Made by a program: the position numbers and the translations under genes. This document shows, in pieces, positions 59,701 through 64,000 of a stretch of 64,000 nucleotides of DNA (positions are counted from its first letter, which is position 1; each line of letters begins with the position of its first letter). The notes beneath the pieces are model-generated. The model saw only the letters and a program-made list of their open reading frames with translations. It was not told where the DNA came from and did not search any database. This stretch comes from the human T2T-CHM13v2.0 reference genome, Homo sapiens: NCBI RefSeq assembly GCF_009914755.1, contig NC_060930.1; one strand, written 5' to 3'.

Positions 59701-60136
59701 TTTTTTTTTAAAACTATTTATTAACTTTTGTGGGTACATAGTAGGTGTACATATTTCTGGGGTACATGACATGTTTTGGTATAGGCAGGCAATGTGTGAT
59801 GATCACATCATGGAAAATAGGGTATCCATACCCTCAAGCATTTATCCTTTGTGTTACAAACAATCCAATTATACTTCCTTAGTTATTTTAAAATGTACAA
59901 TTAAATTATTATTGACTATAGTCACCCTGTTGTGCTATCCAATACTAGTCCTTGCTCATTCATTCTCACTAGTTTTTTGTACCCATTAACCATCCCCACC
60001 TCCCTGTTACCTACCACCGTTCTCAGCCTCTAGTGACCATCCTTCTGCTCTCTATCTCCATGAGTTCAACTGTTTTGATTTTTAGAACCCACAAATAAGT
60101 GAGAATATGTGATGTTTGCCTTTCTGTGCCTGGCTT
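59701..60136 (-). mobile_element. L1MA (1-3-like) 3' end
   Basis: GTGGGTACATAGTAGGTGTA...CCCTCAAGCATTTATCCTTTGTGTTACAAACAATCC; perfect 12-bp TSD CAGTTCAACTTT. Confidence 0.88.
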
Positions 60137-60312
60137 CAGTTCAACTTTCAAGTGACATGACAGGTGTATAGAAAATGACACAAATGAGGAGGCACATTTT
60201 AAGAATATTGATCTGTTATGTGTAGGATGACTGCATAGTGTAACAATAAGCTCTCTGGTGACGTAATTTTAATCTTAGTGAGATCTTAGCATATTTTTTT
60301 TGCTACTAGAAA

Positions 60313-60524
60313 AGGGGCCAGCAACCTTTTTCTGTAAAGGGCAAGGCAGTTTACAGTTTTGCTTTGTGGGCCATATAGACACTGTTGCAATAACCGAACT
60401 CTGCCATTGTTGAAAGCAGCCACAGAAAACACACAAATGGGTGTGGCTGTATTCCAATGAATTTTAGTTACACAAATAGGTGGTAGGCCAGATTTGGCCC
60501 ATCTACCATAGTTTTCTGACCCCG
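60313..60524. mobile_element. MER58A DNA transposon
   Basis: AGGGGCCAGCAAC.TTTTTCTGTAAAGGGC...GGCCAGATTTGGCCC...TGACCCC. Confidence 0.85.
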
Positions 60525-60529
60525 GCACT

Positions 60530-60960
60530 CTAGACCATTAATTCCGTAAGAGCAGAGATAGGGTCTGTTTTGTTTTTTATTATTGTCTCAAGGCCCCAAA
60601 CAGTTCTTGGTTTATTGTAAGTTTTCATTGACTATTCATGGAATAAACACACAAATGAATAAATATAATAGGTCATGGCTGGGATAAGAAAGCAGATGGA
60701 GGCAAAAGTCCTGAATAGGAAAATTGCTGTGGGGATGCAGAGGTTGAAGTAGATGTGAGAGGCATTTTCAAGGCTTTGGTAAGTGTGTTAGTATGAAAGA
60801 GGAAAAATTATAGTAATGACAAACATTATTTGTCACTTACCATGTGCCAGGCAGTCTTCTAACCTTTCTAGTTTCTCTATTATGTTATAAGAAGGGTACT
60901 AGCATCATCCTCATTTTTCAGAGAAGGAATCTAAGGAAGAGAGAGGTTAAGTCTGCTAAT
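60530..60960. mobile_element. L2 tail (about 60530-60660, +) and MIR (about 60820-60960, -)
   Basis: CTAGACCATTAATTCCGTAAGAGCAGAGA; CACTTACCATGTGCCAGGCA...CATTTTTCAGAGAAGGAA.CTAAGG. Confidence 0.6.
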
Positions 60961-61110
60961 GAGCGAGGAAATCCACCTTTTAGTCACCATTTTATGTCTC
61001 TCAATCCTGTGGAAATGTTGGGACCATGAAAGAGTATGGTGTTGTTAGTGAAATAGGGACAACTGGATAGCAATATAGTAAAGGGAAAACATAAAGAATC
61101 CACTTTTATA

Positions 61111-63450
61111 AGCTTTATTCCTGGGATGGAGACTGGTTCAACATACACAAATTGATAAATTTGATTCACCACATAAATAGAATTAAAAGCAAAAACCATA
61201 TCATGTCCTCAATAGATGCAGAAAAGACTTTGATAAAATTCAACTTTCTTTTGTGTTAAAAACCCTCAACAATTAGGCATTGAAGGAACATACTTCAAAA
61301 TAATGAGAGCAGTCTATGACAAATCCACAGCCCAACATCATCCTGAACGGGTGAAAGATCGAACCATTCCCCTTGAGAACTGCAACAAGACAAGGATGCC
61401 CACTCTCACCACTCCTATTCAACACAGTAATGGAAGTGCTAGCCCAAGCAATCAGGCAAGAGAAAGAAGAAAAGATATCCAGATAGAAAGAGAGGAATTC
61501 AAGCTATCTCTCCTTGCAGATGATACTATTCTATACTGAGAAAATCCCATGGCCTCTGCCAAAAGGCTCTTAGAACTCATAAATAACTTCAGTAAAATTT
61601 CAGAATATAAAATCGCTGTACAAAAATCAGTAGCATGCCTATACACCAATTACATCCAAGGTGAGAACCAAAGCAAGAATGAAATCCCATTTACAGTAGC
61701 CACAAAAAGAATAAAGTACCTAGGAATACGGAACCAAGGAGGTGAAAGATCTTTACAATGAGAATTACAAAACACTGATAAAGGAAATCAGAGATAACAC
61801 AAACAAATGAAAAAAGATTTCCTGCTCATGGAAAGGAAGAATCAATATGGTTAAAATGGCTATACTGACAAAAACAATTTACAGATTCAATGTTATTCCT
61901 ATCAAACTACCAACATAATTTTTCACAGAATTAAAATATTCTAAAATTCATATGGAAACAAAAAAGAGGCTAAATAGCTGAAATGATCCTAAGCAAAAAG
62001 AACAAGGCCGGAGACATCACACTCCCTAACTTCAAACTATACTACAAGCCTACAGTAACCAAAATAGCATGGCACTGGTGCAGAAACAGACACACAGACC
62101 AATGGAACTGGACAGAGAACATAGAAATAAAGTCATACACCTAAAAGCACCTGATCTTCAACAAAGTCAATGATAACAAGCACTGGGGAAAGGGCTTCCT
62201 ATTCGATAAATGGTGCTGGGATAACTGGCTAGCCATATGCAGAAGACTGAAACTGGACCCCTTCCCTTCATTATATATGTTATGAAAATTAACTCAATAT
62301 GGACTAAAGACTTTAAGATCTAAACCTATAAAAACCCTAGAAGAAAACCTAGGAAATACCATTCTGGACATCAGGCTTGGTAAAGAATTTACGACTAAGT
62401 CCCCAGAAGCAATTTCCATAAAAACAAAAATTGACAAGTGGGACCTAATTAAACCAAAGAGCTTCTGCACAGCAAAAGAAACTATCAACAGAGTAAACAG
62501 ACAACCTACAAAATGGGAGAAAATATTCACACACTACACAACAAAAAAGGTCTAATGTCCAGAATCTATAAGGAACTTAAACAATTCAACAAGCAGAAAA
62601 CAGACAACCCCATTAAAAAAATGGGCAAATGACATGAACAGACACTTCTCAAAAGAAGACATACATGAAATCAACAAATAGATTAAGTAATGCTCAACAT
62701 CACTAATCGTTAGAGAAATGCAAATCAAAACCACAATGAGAAACCAACTCACACCAATCAGAATGGCTATTATAAAATGTAAAAAAAATGACAGCCATTG
62801 GTGAGGTTGCAATGAAAAGGGCACACTTACACATTGCTAGTGGGAATGTAAATTACTTCAGCCATTGTGGAAAGCAGTGTGGAGATTTCTTAAAGAACTT
62901 AGAACGACCATTCAACCCAGCAATACCATTACTGGCTATATACCCAAAGGAATATAAATCATTCTATCAAAAAGACATATGCATTTGTATGTTAACCGCA
63001 GCACTATACACAATAGCAAAGACATGGAATCAACCTAGATGCCCATCAACAGGGTACTGGATAAAGAGAATGTGGTACATATATACCATGGAATACTACA
63101 CAGCCATTGAAAAAATGAAATCATGTCCTTTGAAGAAACATGAATGCAGCTGGAGGCCATTATCTTAAGCAAACTAACATAGGAACAGAAAACCAAATAC
63201 TGCATATTCTCATTTATAAGTAGGAGCTGAACAATGAGTACATATGGACACAAACAAATGGGAACGATAGGCACTGGGGACTACTTGATGTAGGAAGGTG
63301 GGAGGGAATGTGGGGTGAAAAACTACCTATTGGGTACTATGCTCACTATCTGGGTGATGGAATTATTTGTACACCAAACCTCGGCAACACACACTTATGT
63401 AACAAACCTGCACATGGACACCCTGAACCTAAAAGAAAAGTTGAAAAAAA
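61111..63450 (+). mobile_element. 5'-truncated L1PA13-16-like LINE, ORF2 degraded
   Basis: ORF2 remnants (KLSLLADD, YTMEYY), 3'UTR AAACTACCTATTGGGTACTATGC; TSD core CCACTTTTA at 61100 and 63453. Confidence 0.9.
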
Positions 63451-64000
63451 CCCCACTTTTAGCTAGACTGCATTGAAGGTAAGAGTAGGTGATAAAATAG
63501 CTTTTTTTTTTCTATAAGCATCTAGGGACATGGCTCATAAATTTGATGATAGTTCAGGACATAAGGCAGATTTAATTAAATAGACTAGCAGGCAAAGAGC
63601 TGGGACACATGCACCTGGCATACAATACCTAAGACTACTTAAATTATACTGAGGAATCATTAACATTATACAGAGCACTGTTTTCTTATTTCAAGACCAT
63701 TCAAAAAATGTTATGTATCCTTAATTGTCAGTACAAGGAAAAATTTGTGGGTTCTTCTGTCTCCAAACATAAACAGATGATAGCAGAGAATAAAATGTTA
63801 AACACTTTGGAAATGTGATTAATAGCTCATCATGATAGTAAATCAAGAGATGAATATTAGAGTATGTTCTTACTAATATAGTTAATTATTTTACTTCTGT
63901 GCATTTAGAATGAAACTCATTTGAATTCCTAAATTGCAGATAAATTGTTTAGTTCTGACCGTCAATTTTATAGCTTAGAACTTCTATGGGTTAATTTTTC

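Overview
Primate (almost certainly human, chr6q12) AT-rich genomic DNA containing the convergent 3' ends of two known genes. On the + strand are the last five coding exons of PHF3 (232-427, 932-1079, 3360-3449, 5376-5571, 5795-7917), encoding the SPOC domain and the disordered Pro-rich and Arg/Asp/Glu/Lys C-terminus, followed by the 3'UTR. On the - strand are the last exons of EYS (eyes shut homolog, retinitis pigmentosa RP25): 56667-56839, a 63-bp in-frame cassette exon at 36128-36190 that the ORF track misses, 20719-20880, and the terminal exon CDS 14805-16006 (EGF and laminin-G domains). All junctions are GT-AG and phase-compatible. The rest is EYS intron packed with transposable elements: Alus, L1PA/L1M, L2, MIR, THE1/MLT1/MER11/MER54-like LTRs and hAT MITEs. 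Subfamily names are from recalled consensus sequences, not a RepeatMasker run. Nearly all short ORFs in the track are repeat-derived or random. I see no demonstrably new gene system. The best leads are: the tail-to-tail PHF3/EYS layout with possible sense-antisense overlap; the hydrophobic/basic EYS cassette exon; a twin-primed L1PA3 whose inversion junction creates an ATG-initiated reverse-transcriptase ORF; a multiply rearranged L1 with a duplicated chimeric junction; a MER11 LTR nested in an L1; inverted repeats around EYS exons; a strong CTCF motif; and a perfect hairpin in the PHF3 3'UTR.
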